Of a stretch of 64,000 nt of DNA, positions 37,458 through 50,400 are shown in pieces. The notes under the pieces were generated by a model. It worked only from the letters and a program-made list of their open reading frames with translations. It was not told the DNA's origin and ran no database searches. Every line of letters starts with the position of its first letter. The stretch's first letter is position 1. Made by a program: the position numbers and the translations under genes. Source of the stretch: Squalus acanthias (taxonomy: Eukaryota); contig CM059432.1 in the NCBI GenBank assembly GCA_030390025.1, positions 124,002,001 to 124,066,000 on the forward strand, written 5' to 3'.

Positions 37458-37575
37458 TTATTTCACTTCGAGTTCCAGGTCATCTTCTTCACTGATTGCT
37501 TCTGCAGAGTCATCAGGGTTATACACTGAGCTTCGCTTTATTCCAAACAGTGAACTTGTCTGCTGTCTTCTTAGC
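37458..37575 (-). CDS. Candidate terminal coding exon of an unidentified host gene
   Basis: Acceptor ttttaatcctttttccatag, open frame LRRQQTSSLFGIKRSSVYNPDDSAEAISEEDDLELEVK-stop, AATAAA ~60 nt downstream (37397-37402 on -); non-repetitive context. Protein not recognised. Confidence 0.4.
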
Positions 37576-37877
37576 CTATGGAAAAAGGATTAAAATCACT
37601 ACAATATTCTGGTTTAATCTACCACATAGTAGCTTTATTTGGTCAACCGAGTGAAAACATATCACTAAGATACAGCGAAATCCACATTGGTGGAGTTCAT
37701 GTTTGCCTGATACACAATGCACACTCTGTCCCCATAGAGACAGACCTCACTTACTTAAGTCCAGAGAGCTTAAGCGGAGGTCAGCAAAGCCTAGGATGTG
37801 GAACTCCGAAGTGTGCATAGGAATATTGATGGAGTTTAACCAGCTAAAACCACACAGCTTGAAATATACAGTAGTTT

Positions 37878-38630
37878 AGCCACTGACTCCATCCCACTCC
37901 CTGGCCACTGTCTGAGGCTGAACCGGACCGTTCGCAACCTTGGCGTCTGATTTGACCCTGAGCTGAGCTTCCGACCTCATATCCACTCCATTACCAAGAC
38001 TGCCTACTTGCACCTCTGTAACATTGCGCGTCTCCGCCCCTGTCTCAGCTCATCTGCTGCTGAAACCCTCATCCATGCCTTTGTTACCTCAAGACTCGAC
38101 TATTCCAATGCTCTCCTGGCCAGCCTCCCACCTTGCACCCTCCGTAAACTTGAACTCATCCGAAACTCTGCTGCCTGTACCATAACTCGCACCAAGTCCC
38201 GTTCACCCATCACCCCTGTGCTCGCTGAACTACACTGGCTTCCAGTCTGGCAACGCCTCGATTTTAAAATTCACATCTTTGTTTTCAAATCCCTCCACGT
38301 CCTTGCCCCTCCCTATCTCTGTAATCCTCCTCCAGCCCTACAACCCTCCAAGATCTTTGCGCTCCTCCAGTTCTGGCCTCTTGCACATCTCCGATTTTCT
38401 TCGCTCCACCATTGTGCCTTCTGTTGCCTAGACACTAAGCTCTGGAATTCCCTCCCTAAACCTCTCCACCTCTCCGCCTGTCTACCTCTCTCTCCTCCTT
38501 TAAGACGCTTCTTAAAATCTACCTTTTTGGCCAAGCTTTTGGTCACCTGTCTTAATATCGCCTTATGTGGCTCGGTGTCAAATTTTGTTTGATAATCGCT
38601 CCCGTGCTCCATGGGACTTTTACCTACGTT
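37878..38630 (+). mobile_element. L2 LINE 3' fragment
   Basis: HLCNIARLRPCLSSSAAETLIHAFVTSRLDYSNALL...ITPVLAELHWLPV, a typical L2 ORF2 C-terminus. Confidence 0.92.
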
Positions 38631-39840
38631 TGAGGATTACTGCTAGTTAAGATATTACAGCAAAGCATAGAAAAAGACTAATGCAAATTATATTCACTTT
38701 TAAACAAAATAGTATGAAAATTACATTGCACGATATCATCTGAACATTTAACACATTTGTCAATATCAAGTTCCTCCATCCACTATTTTAATAGAGGGAT
38801 GAACCCATTTATCTAAAATGGCTCAACACGTTTCTGTGGCTTGGCACCACAATTTTTCATGTGACTTTATTCTTCAATCATTTATAAACCATCAAAGCTA
38901 TTCATGTTTGAGGAGCACAAATAATTCTGATTATCTAACTAAAGGAATAGTTTTAGAATAACATTTTATGTGTCTGATGTGCATGGCGAGTCTGTTGTTT
39001 ATCATGTGGTCAATTTTCTTTCTCCTCTTTGTTATGTCTCCGTGTTTTTCTCCTTTCTGTTTGGCTATTTTCTACTTTTGTTATATTTTCATTTCTACCA
39101 ATTATATTATATAACATTTTATTTCCGCCCATTACACCAAAAAAAAATTCTACCCAATCACATTCCAGGAAAACAAATTCTGAGATACAGCCAACAAGAC
39201 AGTGTCTAATCCACCCCGTCATATGCCCTTACATTAAAGTTTATAATACAATAACGACGTAACAAATTCAACTATTCAGAAAAAATATCACAGACTTACC
39301 CATAAACTTACTCTTCCCATCTTTAATTTCCACACTCAGGAACCTCAGTGTGGCCCAGCCTCCATCACAATACATGAATAAAATCCATAATTCTACTTTG
39401 CAGCTGATGTGATACAACCAAGCATCCAGACTACTACTCCCAGAAACTATTGCACACTCCAGGCCCAGACTTCTCTGCTCCCTTCCTCCCATGCCACAGC
39501 AACTTCAAACCTTACATTTTGGGTTTTCTCCCACCATCAAGCCTACTTTATTTACCTCCTGCTTCCAAGCATGCTCTCCCAGTTTACAAATCCTAGTCAA
39601 TCAATTCACACTCCTCATATAAGCCACTTCCTTCCAAGGTGAACGCCCCCCTCACCATAAGCTACTCTGCTCAGATCTGGGCCTTCTGCTATGCCTGCCT
39701 CAGCATTGCTCCTTGTTCCAACCTTGTGCCCCATTCCACTCTGGACTTCACTGCTTGCGCTTCATTTCCTTTATAAAAAAAAGATTGTACAGTGCTTTAA
39801 TAGAAGCTCAAAGGTGATGAATTGGTACTGTGCAAAATTA

Positions 39841-40053
39841 ATAATGGCAATTAAAGGTGTGGATGGTGTCCAAACAGGTCAGTCAGGAAAACATTACATC
39901 AAAGACACCATCCACACCTTTGATTGCCGTGATTATCTCTCTGCCGAGGTGTGATAAAGGGCAGTTAGAAAGATTAACTGTAATCATCTGGCAGTGTTCT
40001 CTGACTATATATGCTGTGCCTATATGCATCTCTTCACTTCACCTGACGAAGGA
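39841..40053 (+). mobile_element. Penelope-like terminal fragment with 5' inversion
   Basis: 39904-40053 nearly identical to 26324-26473; 39841-39903 is the reverse complement of 26291-26353; ends within the hammerhead core (cacctgacgaagga). Confidence 0.8.
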
Positions 40054-40389
40054 TTTTTAAATGTTTTATTTAAGACTTATATATACCGTTACACTGATGC
40101 CAGCAGGCCCTATGCCTGCTTTTACCAGCCGCAAGAGTTGCGTAGGCAATTGCTGGACAGTTGCTGGGCAAATAGCCCAACTCTGCGCCAGCAATACTCA
40201 TTTTTCGGGCGGTTCGGATGATCTGTCAAGGCGTACAGATCGCAAGTTCCGGATTTCGCGCATGTGCAACTTGTGGGACCTTTCAAAGAGAATACGATGA
40301 AGTATGCCGTCGCAAACACCACAATTTCAGGGCCAAAGAACTTACCTAAATTTATCCTTAAACCTGGATCAAAAAAGTTTTCTACATGA

Positions 40390-40560
40390 AAGGAAAGACT
40401 TAAACTTGTACAGGCCCTGTCATATCTATCAGAAAACGCTCAAAATGCTACGTGGAACTGAATTCACAGAGGATGAATTACTTTGAAAGCGTGGCGACTG
40501 TTGTTAAGTAGGACAACAGCAAAAGCCCCCCAAAAGGCAATGGGATGAATGAGCAGTTAA
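40390..40560 (-). mobile_element. Degenerate Deu-SINE tail fragment
   Basis: Diverged reverse-complement similarity to the 3' part of 56636-56875. Confidence 0.4.
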
Positions 40561-41785
40561 CAAACGCCCCAGCTGCCCATATTTTACACAGTCAGTGTTT
40601 CACATCCAGCACCCACTTTTCAGCATTTGCTGACAAAAATTAATGCAGGATTTAAACTTCTGTGCTGCTACCATGTCGTTCCATAATACGTCTCTTCTTC
40701 TGCATTTCCATAACTGCATCAGGAGGCTCCAGTTCTTGTATGTTGGCAGTCAATGTGAGGCATGTAGGTAAATAGATATTTTTTTTAAAAACAGCCAAGG
40801 AACAACCAACCTCTGAATTAAATTAATTTTATGCTATTTGGACTCGCAAAGGAAATACACATAAAAATAAACTAGTATATTCGTCTGTGCTGTCTAGTTT
40901 GTTAAGTAGACCTGCACAATTATTAAAAAGGAACAGTTATTTGACAATTGAGATTTAAAATACACAGGGAGCTCTCTGACATAAAGTATATATTATCGGA
41001 AAATTCACATCAGTTGCACTAAAATTATAATTAATAGTTTCACATTATGAAAAGAACAGTGGAGTTACTATATATGCTGCAGCAGCTAGTACAAATGAAT
41101 AGAAATGCCTCCAGTCTGTGTTTTATGCAGTCAACGTTTCCTACCTTCTGCACTGATTGTCAGTGTATTTTTTTGCCAAAAATCAGCATGAGATTTAAAC
41201 CAACATCACCCCATAATGCACTTCAGCAAAACGGTTCTGCACGTGCAGCTGCATCATAGGGCAGCGGCACCGCATGAGAAGCCGACACATTTATAGCAGA
41301 AGTAAAAGGCTTTATGGCTCCCTTTTTCCATGCTGACCGAACACTTTTGTTTCTAACCAGCAGGTGTGATCCCAATATTTTGCTATGGGAATCGTGCTGG
41401 AGAATAATTGCGCTGGCCAATGTAATGGCAGTCATTTGCTATGTTTTTTGGGATCTGGACAGCTAGGCCCACTGAGGAACTTTTCTGACATAATCTCATT
41501 CTCAGCAACACTCTCAGACATTACGTTATTACCTGAAGTACATCTGTAACTTCCCCAAAATACACTATGTTTGGTGTCTAAAGCAAAGTTCAGTGAACTC
41601 CAAAATGAAGAAAATTCACTAAGAAAGTATCAAAAAGCAAAATTTCCTGGGGGAGCATGCTCCCAGACCATCATTGGAAATAATTTTAGAACCTTTAGAG
41701 CTCACATCCCCCTTCAGAATGTTTTAAATCTGTCATTGCAAAAACATACTTTGGAGCACTTTAGTATTTCCTTGCAGTAACAAGT

Positions 41786-41910
41786 TGTAATGTATGATCA
41801 CATGGTTTAGTATGAGCATGCTCAGTTCGCTCTGGCCTAATAAAGCAATCACATGGACTAGCAACTCAACGTGTCTCTGTCCTTCATTTTTTCTACCCAA
41901 GTATATTACA
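41786..41910 (+). mobile_element. Solo LTR of the same Gypsy family
   Basis: tgtaat...attaca, similar to 15156-15289; TSD caagt / cacgt. Confidence 0.92.
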
Positions 41911-42283
41911 CACGTGATCAAATGTTGGGTCGGCCTCCAGCTGAAGATACAAGAAGCTTGTGTCCCACTACACCCTCAGTCATGTGCACAACATATCCAA
42001 TTGTGTCTATGTTTTCTGGAGGATGGTGCCGGTGCAGATTGTAATTCCAAAACAGAGTTTACAAGCAGCTCAAGGAAGGGGTGCATGCGTGAGCATGACT
42101 GTTGCTTCATGATGTCCCTGTATAACAGCTGGGTTCAGGGCCAGTTGTACATGCAATTCTTTGAGCCACCTTTTAAACTCAGTTTCAGAACTGGCAACCT
42201 GTTGACCATACCAAGTATGTGCTGGGACCACCAGAAACAAATCTCCCCTTGTTAGGGTTAGATTTAGAATCCGGATTAGGTGT

Positions 42284-42390
42284 TGAGCTTGCTGTGTGCA
42301 AATTGACTACCATGTTTGCCTTCATTACCAGTGATTACACTTCAACAGGTCACCCATTGGCTGTGATACACTTTGGGATATTCTGAGACG
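42284..42390 (+). mobile_element. Deu-SINE tail fragment
   Basis: gagcttgctgtgtgcaaattg...tacacttcaa matches 56792-56853. Confidence 0.55.
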
Positions 42391-43422
42391 GAGAAATGTT
42401 TTTTAATTCTTCTTACTTGCCCGTGTGAACACTGTGCAGCAAGGACATATTGATGGAATGGAGAGCAGCCCCTGGAAGAGGATTGTGAACTTTACACGTG
42501 TTTCAAACTATATGCAGTGAATTTTTCGTGCAATCGTACCAGTTCCTGAAAATGATTGTAAAAGTTAATTAAAAGTGATGAACCCTTACAGTCAAAAATG
42601 AACTCTGCCCGATAATCCGTAATGTCTGCTTTAAGGTACTGTAGTGACAAACCTGATATGAATCGGCAAATATTTTTTCCCCCCACATTAAAATACTGTC
42701 ACCTAAGAAGTAAAAATGTGTTCTGTAATCAACCAGAATATTCCATTTTTAACATAAAATTCATAGATGTCCCCAGAGAGCAAGCCCCAGGTTACGCTAC
42801 GAATACCCATACCAGCATCTGCTGGTCAAGAGAAGAGTCGTTGGAAGAAGTGCGTACAAGTTGCTCACACCCCCGCTCTCTACCTGTGTTTGTGTGTCAT
42901 AGGTAATACCACTGAATTTCAGTTTTCACACAAAAATGGAAGGAATCATAGAATTGAATTCCCAAAGTAGCAATAGAATAGTCCTGAATAGCATTTTATT
43001 TATTCAGTCACCATGTGGGTGATTTTAACCCTATTCGCTCAGCAGAAACCTGGCAGGTGGGCCGTTAAAATCGCCCTGGCTCTTACCTGTCCGAAAGCCG
43101 CCATGATCGCAACATCTGCAATTTTAACCTGCTCTCCTGGCAACAAGGACAACAGGGTCCTTCTTTACATATGCATGTTGTGGCCCGATGATATCATTGA
43201 GACCCGACTGTACTTTTAACTCAGGCCTGAGCGGGGAATCCACCTGGAGTTATGTTAGGGGCCCTGATTGTAGACACTTATTTAGAGCTGTTTTTGAGTT
43301 GTGAGTTGTTTTTAAGTTGTCAGCTGTTTTGGGCTATTCCAGTTTTTAAGCTGCCGTCAGCTTTAGCTAGTTAATTAGGTTGGCATTTATGATTTTATCG
43401 GGCTTTGGTTGAGGGAGGATTG

Positions 43423-43557
43423 TGGCCATAACACCTGGAGAACTTCCTGCTCTTCACCAAATAGTACCATGGAACCTTTCATATTCCGCTGAACCATCAT
43501 AACAGGCCGAAGGGGCCTTTAGTTTAATGTCTCATTTGAAAGATGGCATCTCTGGCA
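43423..43557 (-). mobile_element. Deu-domain SINE fragment
   Basis: Reverse complement resembles 56636-56730 (gagac.ttaaac...ggcactatt...gaagagcagg...gtgt..tggcca). Confidence 0.6.
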
Positions 43558-43730
43558 AACCCAGGGGAAAAAAAAAAATTCCAAAAGAAAAGATGTTACA
43601 AACAAGAGGTGGTATTTTCAGCTTCTGTGCTCGGCAGTTGGTGATTTTCCTGTCCTTTAGAATGAACGGGGGGGGGGGAACATTGAGGGTTGGCGAGCAA
43701 ATGAAAAGAAAACCCCCAGCCTTCGTTCAT

Positions 43731-43860
43731 ATCATAGAATGATACAGTACAGAAGGAGGCCATTCGGACCATCGTGCCTGTGCCGGCTCTTTGAAAGAGC
43801 TCTCCAATTAGTCCCACTCACCCGCTCTTTCCCCATAGCCTTCAGATTTTTCCTTTTCAA
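43731..43860 (-). mobile_element. CR1 3'-end fragment
   Basis: CR1-type 3' hairpin (gaaggaggccattcggacc) and atcatagaat tail. Confidence 0.7.
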
Positions 43861-44698
43861 AAAAATTTGTAAGCTTAATGGTTAAATTTTCCTATGTTGA
43901 AGCTTTTACAGAAATTGGTACTCAAACTAATTATTTTAAATCTAGTGCCACTGGGATGGCCTTCCAGTTTGCAGGTGTTAAGGTAGTTTAAGACAGTTAT
44001 ACAGGATTTATTTTCTGATAGGCCACAATTTCTTAAATGCCACATTTTAACTTCTTGTCGGTATAAGTTACAACACCCTATTAGTGCATACTCACAACAG
44101 TCAGCCTTAGAAAGCAGTTAATGCGTTAACTGACTCCTATAAATCACTGGGCAATAATTACTATGACAAAGCTATTTGAAGAATTTCTTGCTATGATTGA
44201 GAAGAGCTCACTTTACTGAGACAGAGGTGACCCTCATCATGGAAAAGGCAATGGCAAGCAGGGCTGCATTTCTTGATGTAAGTCTTCATTTATCTAATCC
44301 ACAGCTTGCTATTCCGAATGGCCAAGTAGCCAGAAAGTTAATTGCTGCCATCACTTTCACTGCCACAGGCAGAGCAGCTGGAGCCGCTGATGAATTGTTT
44401 GTGTAAAGTTTCGCAATTATCGCGATTCAAAATAACAAGAGAGAAGCAGATTCGTTTGATCAGTTTTATTAAACGAAATGCTGTCTTGATAATAAAGGAC
44501 ACAGAAGCCTGTAAAATGGCCGCCGCGCATCGTGGCAGAAGCTTCCAGAAACACAGTGGGCAGACAAGATGGCGTCGAATATACATTTCAGTATAAGATT
44601 GGATCATACTCGGTAAACACTGATAAAGACAGGATGCAACCCGTTTGCATTTGGAACAATAGCAAAGATATAAGTGCTGGAATCGTTTTCCTATGCAC

Positions 44699-46952
44699 AG
44701 TAAGGATCATTGTACTGGGCAATCGAAGGCCCATCCAGACACATCAATACACAAATACCCCCCCCGGCTCTACAATGAGAGAGACATCGACGGGTGATTA
44801 AGCAAGTATTCGGGGGGCCCCAAAACCAGTCAGGGAGACGATTCATACAATCCTGGCTGGGTCAACAATGGGGAAAACATTAACGGATAGTTGGCCAGTT
44901 TCAGGTGCTACCGAAACCCGTTAAAGAGAAGAATCGCCCCATACTGGGAGTTTTGAGCGCCAATATTACACAAAGGACAAACATTAAGATTTGAGCGGGA
45001 GATAAGGGAACACAGCACTATAACTATAGAGAACAAATGTCCATCGGTCTCTTATTCTCCCGGCTGGCTCTTATCTTGCTGCTGACTGCTGAACTCTTAG
45101 GGGTAGAAATTAGGTCGCGCCCCATTTGGGGCGCAAATATCGTCTGGACGCAAATATTAGCGCCTGGCGCTAATTATCGGCACTGACAGGAAACTTCACT
45201 TTTACCGCCCCGGGAGGTGAGTGGAGCGCTAAATCAGGCGCTGCACACCTGTCTTAAGGCGCAAAGGCCGAGCAGTGAGGCGCTAACTCAGAGCGCTGGC
45301 GAAGCTCATGTAATGTCAGTCAGCAATGAAACACACACACAATGGCACGGGCCAGTTCTTAAAGGGGATGGTTAATCTTGCTTTCCATCCACATCCTGTT
45401 CATTGCAGCCTTGAATCTCGGCCTGGAGAGACTTGCACATCAAATGTGCTGGAAAGAACAATGGAGAGTAACAGGCAAAGAGCTCAGAGTGCAGCTCCCA
45501 CAGTCTCTGCTAAATCGATACAAGGAATGGCAAATCAAAATTAACCTGCAAAGTGCTGCTCAGTACCCAAAACTCCTTCCCACAACGTTGAATCTCTCCA
45601 GAAGTCTCTCCCTCTCTCTCTCAGAATGCGTAGTTCAAAAATGCCACCAACAATAAAAGACAGGAAGAGGCCCCCTTTAAATAGCGCCCCCCCCCAGCCC
45701 CACAGCGATTGATAGCGTTCCAGTCTTCTGGTCGTTGGATGCGCCAGGCGGTAAGGCAGGGGGCGCCACTCAATTTCCGCTCCGGGGCGCCACAAGGGCG
45801 TTGCACCATGGAATGACGTCACAATCTGCGCGCGCAGGTGGTAGCAGCGGTAAGTTTTAGCGCCGCCGCACAATCTCAAGTTAAGTTCTCGAGCGGCGCA
45901 AACATCGCTGCGCCCGGGCGTTAGCGGCTTTGCGCCCCATTAGCGCCCTCTTAAGGCGCTAACGGGAGGCACAACCAAGTGAATTTTTACCCCTTATTCT
46001 CTTATCTCTCGGCGGACCCTTGCTGAAGCTCTTCCTTAGGGCTGGACTTTGTTGACTCTTGACTCTTAGCCGTACTGGTCGGCTATTCAAGTGTTGGGTG
46101 GAGCTCAGTCGGAACGAGCTGCCCCGACAAGGGCAAGTAACAGGGTACACCATCCTGAGTGTCGGTAAATGGTGTCTGGACCCGGAGGCCCGAAGAGACG
46201 AGACGAGACGAGAAGAAGAGGAGAAGAATCCACGTGCCGCCACGGTCAGTAAACCCCGACCGCGCCCGAAAATATAAATAAAGAACTTTTCTTTGAAGTC
46301 TACCGACAACCGGTGTCGAGCACAGGAAGACTCTTCTTTGAACTGTGTCCGAGTTCTGTCGAGTTCTTCATGACAACAGGGAGTCTGGCCTGCTTGTCGC
46401 AGCAGCGAAAATAAACAAGTGGGGTGCAGAAACCCTTCCAAACACGTGACAGTCAGGCGCTGCAGCGAAACGAGCCGAGTGCCTCACTTTAAAATTCTCC
46501 GAAGTAACACGAGTGGTGAGCATGTTTTCAAATCCTACAAATCTAGACGTAGTGTAGGTATTGTTAAGGGAGGGTGGTTTTTAAGGTTAAGATATAATGT
46601 GTTCCCCTTTCTACGATGTGCCGTGTGTTCTTCATTTCCATAGACCAAGCTTTATGAATGTATGTATACTTGTACTCTCGTTGATTTGCGCCTATGACAT
46701 GTACTTCATGATTTTGGACGCTATGCAATAAAGATTTCCATTTCGTACTATTCAACCGGGTCTATTTGAGTTTTCTCTGCATTACTGCTCCCTGCACCTA
46801 AGTCCAGTGTTAGAACCGTAGGGGCGAGTGGGTCGAACCACTCACAGGTGCTTATTGCAATAAGGCTGGCCGGAGACCAGAGCAAGCAATAGTATTAGGC
46901 AACGAAGGCCTAACCTCGCACCAGCACCGTCTGAGACACACAAACCCTTACA
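44699..46952 (+). mobile_element. Putative long solo LTR (ERV/LTR-like) interrupted by a MITE
   Basis: Ends (a)gtaagg ... ccttaca; CpG-rich non-coding sequence with short internal repeats and AATAAA at ~46277 and ~46727. No matching TSD found. Confidence 0.4.
45100..45993. mobile_element. Harbinger MITE
   Basis: TIRs ggggtagaaatt / aatttttacccc; TTA TSD (45097-45099, 45994-45996); subterminal gcgcta/gcgcc repeats shared with 5140-6650. Confidence 0.9.
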
Positions 46953-47893
46953 TTTGGACCATGTTTACCATTACATGTACCTCCATTAAGGCTTCTCTAG
47001 AAAACCTGAATCTACATACACCTAGCTATGAGATTCAGAGGCCAGTGGATCCTCTTCCTAGAGTAAACTCTCTTCACGTTTGTCCTCCTTTTTGAAACCT
47101 CTACCTCCTTTTCAACCCAATCGACATCAGACAAGATAATGACTGCTGTAGCTGAAACAATTGCCATGCATATTTTCTTTTGTCCGGGACCTTTTAGCCT
47201 ACTGGCGTAGGTTAAGGTTTGGTCTTACTGTGATTTGTAGTGATTATGACACATAACTATACAGAAATTGCAGCATGACTAATGTTAACTGGATCTGAAC
47301 TTCCTCAATAATTGGCTAAAGTGGCATCTTTAGAATAGAATTGTCCAGTTAAACTTATGTGAGAATTTTCAAACTGAAGGTAATACTGTACCACCCAAAG
47401 TCATTCCGATGCCTAAACTGTCATTTTCTGTGTGGAAATAAACCAACAGTAAAATCATCATCAGGCAGGATATCACTCTCATCTGGTCTCCTAATCTGGT
47501 GACACCAGCACATTTGCTTCCCACCCTTTTTTTCTGGAAATCAGCAGCATGAATGATAAAATGCAGATCTGAGTTTGAAAAGGACACTGTCACGTGAATC
47601 ACACCTTTCTCTGCTAAAGGGCTATTACTATAATTTGTAAGTTCCGGATGTGTGGAATGCCAACAGCATATATCAATAAAAATTGGGCTGCAACAGATAA
47701 AAAGGATGTAGATAGATGCTCACACCTCATATAAAAATGATTAAAAAGGCTATATACCATTAATGCATTTAAAAACATTAAACAATTTTGCACCACAGCA
47801 ACAAAGAAAATAGCTGGATACAAACTGCTTGGTGCAGTGTCCCTCCCTCATTGAGTTTTGTGAAATTGTGTTTTTGATTCTAAAGTCTATATT

Positions 47894-48637
47894 GGCCCAG
47901 AAATTGATCTCGCTCTGTTCCCGCAGGGGTAAGCCTTCCCCGCGATGTCTCACCTCGCTTATGCTTTTTCAGATCCAGCTCGCACGAACTTGATGTTCCA
48001 GACATCAGCTGTGCTGGGCTTGCGTATCCCAGCGGCGTAGTGAATTCGTGCGAGCTGTGGGATCACGTGACTCAGTTAGAGCCAATGGCAGCACACCATC
48101 TTCCATTCATAAGTCTCACAGCATGGCTGTGAAATCTATGAATCTTACACCCCCCCAAAATAACAGCTAAACCTCAATTAAATAAAAAAAAAAAACCATC
48201 ACATTAATAAAATAAGTATAGTTAATTAAATTAACCATTTTAAATAAAAAATTAAATTTTTGAAAAAATTTAAAATCTTTTAAAAAGTTATAAAAATAAA
48301 CTTACCTGTCTTTAAAGTCTCTAAAAAAGATATACCTGTAAAAAAAAATTCAAAAAAATACTTAATTCACTACTTACCTTCTTAAAAGCGGGTCTTACTC
48401 CTCCTTTTTACATTTCCAAAATCTTCCCTACTTACCTGCGCGTCCAAAGCATGAAGTGCACAGCGTGCACGCAGCCTGTAGCGCGCACGCGATGCACCCA
48501 GGCCCCGCCCCCTTTTCAGAAGAGCAATTGCCGGTTTTCAACGCATGCGCAGGGCATGCAGAAAACCGGCAATTGGAGTGGGAATACGCGAGAGTACGCA
48601 GTGCGTACTCTCGCGTCCCGGGATCAATTTTCGGCCC
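47894..48637. mobile_element. MITE with 3-bp TSD (Harbinger-type)
   Basis: TIRs ggcccagaaattgatc / gatcaattttcggccc; TSD ATT (47891-47893, 48638-48640); AT-rich centre. Confidence 0.85.
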
Positions 48638-48649
48638 ATTAATGATTTA

Positions 48650-50397
48650 GGGCTGGATTTTCTCAGCGGTGTCGGAAGGGTCGCGGGATAGCTGTTTTCC
48701 GGGTTCTGGTCCCGCTCCCGGCTGCAGCCGCTCTATCAAAGGGATTTTCCCTTGATTGGCCAATTAACAGGAAACGGGTCTGATGATGTCATTTGATGAC
48801 GCGTCATCAGCCGTTTCCTTAAAGGGACCTCGGCCACATTGAGTTTGACAGTTGTTCTGTCAGTGTTTGACAGCATTGAGGTGCTGCAAACACTGACAAG
48901 CACGGCACAAAGGTGGACACTTGTACCCAGGCTCTCCAATGAGTCCCTCCATATGCTGATGGAGGGAGTCACAGGATGCAGGGAGGTTCTCTTCCCTTCC
49001 AAGGGCGGAAGAGACCTCCCCAGACACCAACGCAGCCTGGTTGCTCATTGCACAGGAGGACAAAAGCAGGGATGTTGTCAGGGGTCCCAGGCTGCAGTGG
49101 CGCCAACCTTTCAATGATCTCAGTGGATCACGAAACGTTAGTGGAAAGCCACACTCAAACTCACCCTGCTGTGCCACTCAACACATCCCCATCACTCTGC
49201 CTTCCATACCCTTCTCCTGCACATCCTTACTCACACCAACTTACCTTGCACCTCCGCCCAACCCTCTCTATCTACATTATCACTTCCCCATCTCACTAGC
49301 CACACCTCACACTTACCCTCATCCTACTGCAAGCATACCAACTAACAACACACAAGGGTAGGCACATGAGAGGTTTAGCCAATGTCCATGTGATGTGGTA
49401 ATGTGTTGTCATACAGTGAAATCTATATTTTCAACACTGCCCCTTATTGGACAGATCTGAGTGCACCTTGAGAAGTGTCTTACTGAGTTCCAGTGAATGT
49501 TGAGACATAACTCCTGCACCGCCCCCCCTCCCCCCCCCGCTATAGTGACAAGTGTGCATGGACATTAAAGGGATGCTTCAAAGTGCTGGCGTTGGATGGT
49601 GTCAACCTGGTGCATCATGTGGCAGCCAGGGTTACAGGCGTCAAGTGAAGTAAATCTGGCCATGGGGATGCCATCGCTAGCCTCCCGGGCAGCAATGTTG
49701 TCAAGGGCTGATGCCCTGTGTCCTGTGCAGCATCAGGTGATAGCGGAGAAGGTTGGTGATGTTGTTGTTGATGTTGGTGTGCCTGGTGATGTTGGTGTTG
49801 GGGTTGATCGTGGAAGGATTCAGAGGACCAAGGTCTGATTTATTCAAGGGCTCTGATGTTGCTGCAATAGATGGCAGCTGCAGGTGAGATGACAGAAGCG
49901 ATCTGTCAACGGTGAGAGAGGTTGTTCCAATGAGGTGGCACTGGACATACAGTTGGCTCTAAACACTTGCAAGCTAAAGAAATCTCTATATTTATTACAA
50001 ATGCAGTATCCAACAGTTTCTGCGCTGTGAAACTGACCATCTGCAACATGGCATCATTTACACCACTTCTGCAGCTGTCAGCTTATCAGATACATAAGAG
50101 CAGACTCAACTCACGCCAGGGTGAGTTGGCGTGTTCCCCGAGCAGCGGGTAACCCATGGGGGAGCGCGTAAAATTGCAAGGTAGCCTCAAAATAGCATTA
50201 AATTGGCTCTTAACAAGCCATTTAATGAGTTCAATTGTCTCCCACGCCGCTTGGTGTCAGGTCAGTTCTCCGCTGACAGACCCGACACCTGGGAGACTCG
50301 CGTGGAGGCGGGTTTCCTACCCGCTGTCAATCTTTGCTATTTTGAAGGCGGACCAGTCTCCAAACCTGCCCGTCTGAGCGCCGGCAAAATTCCGGCC
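48650..50397. mobile_element. Harbinger deletion derivative
   Basis: TIRs gggctggattttc / aaaattccggcc; TTA TSD (48647-48649, 50398-50400); Myb-like remnant PRLSNESLHMLMEGVTGCREVLFP. Confidence 0.85.
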
Positions 50398-50400
50398 TTA

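Noticed and set aside
37755..37843. Penultimate exon joining the 37575 acceptor
   Set aside because: The frame needed to join the acidic terminal frame contains a stop (TGA).
45959..46441. 160-aa minus-strand ORF
   Set aside because: Low-complexity translation across an LTR-like region and MITE boundary.
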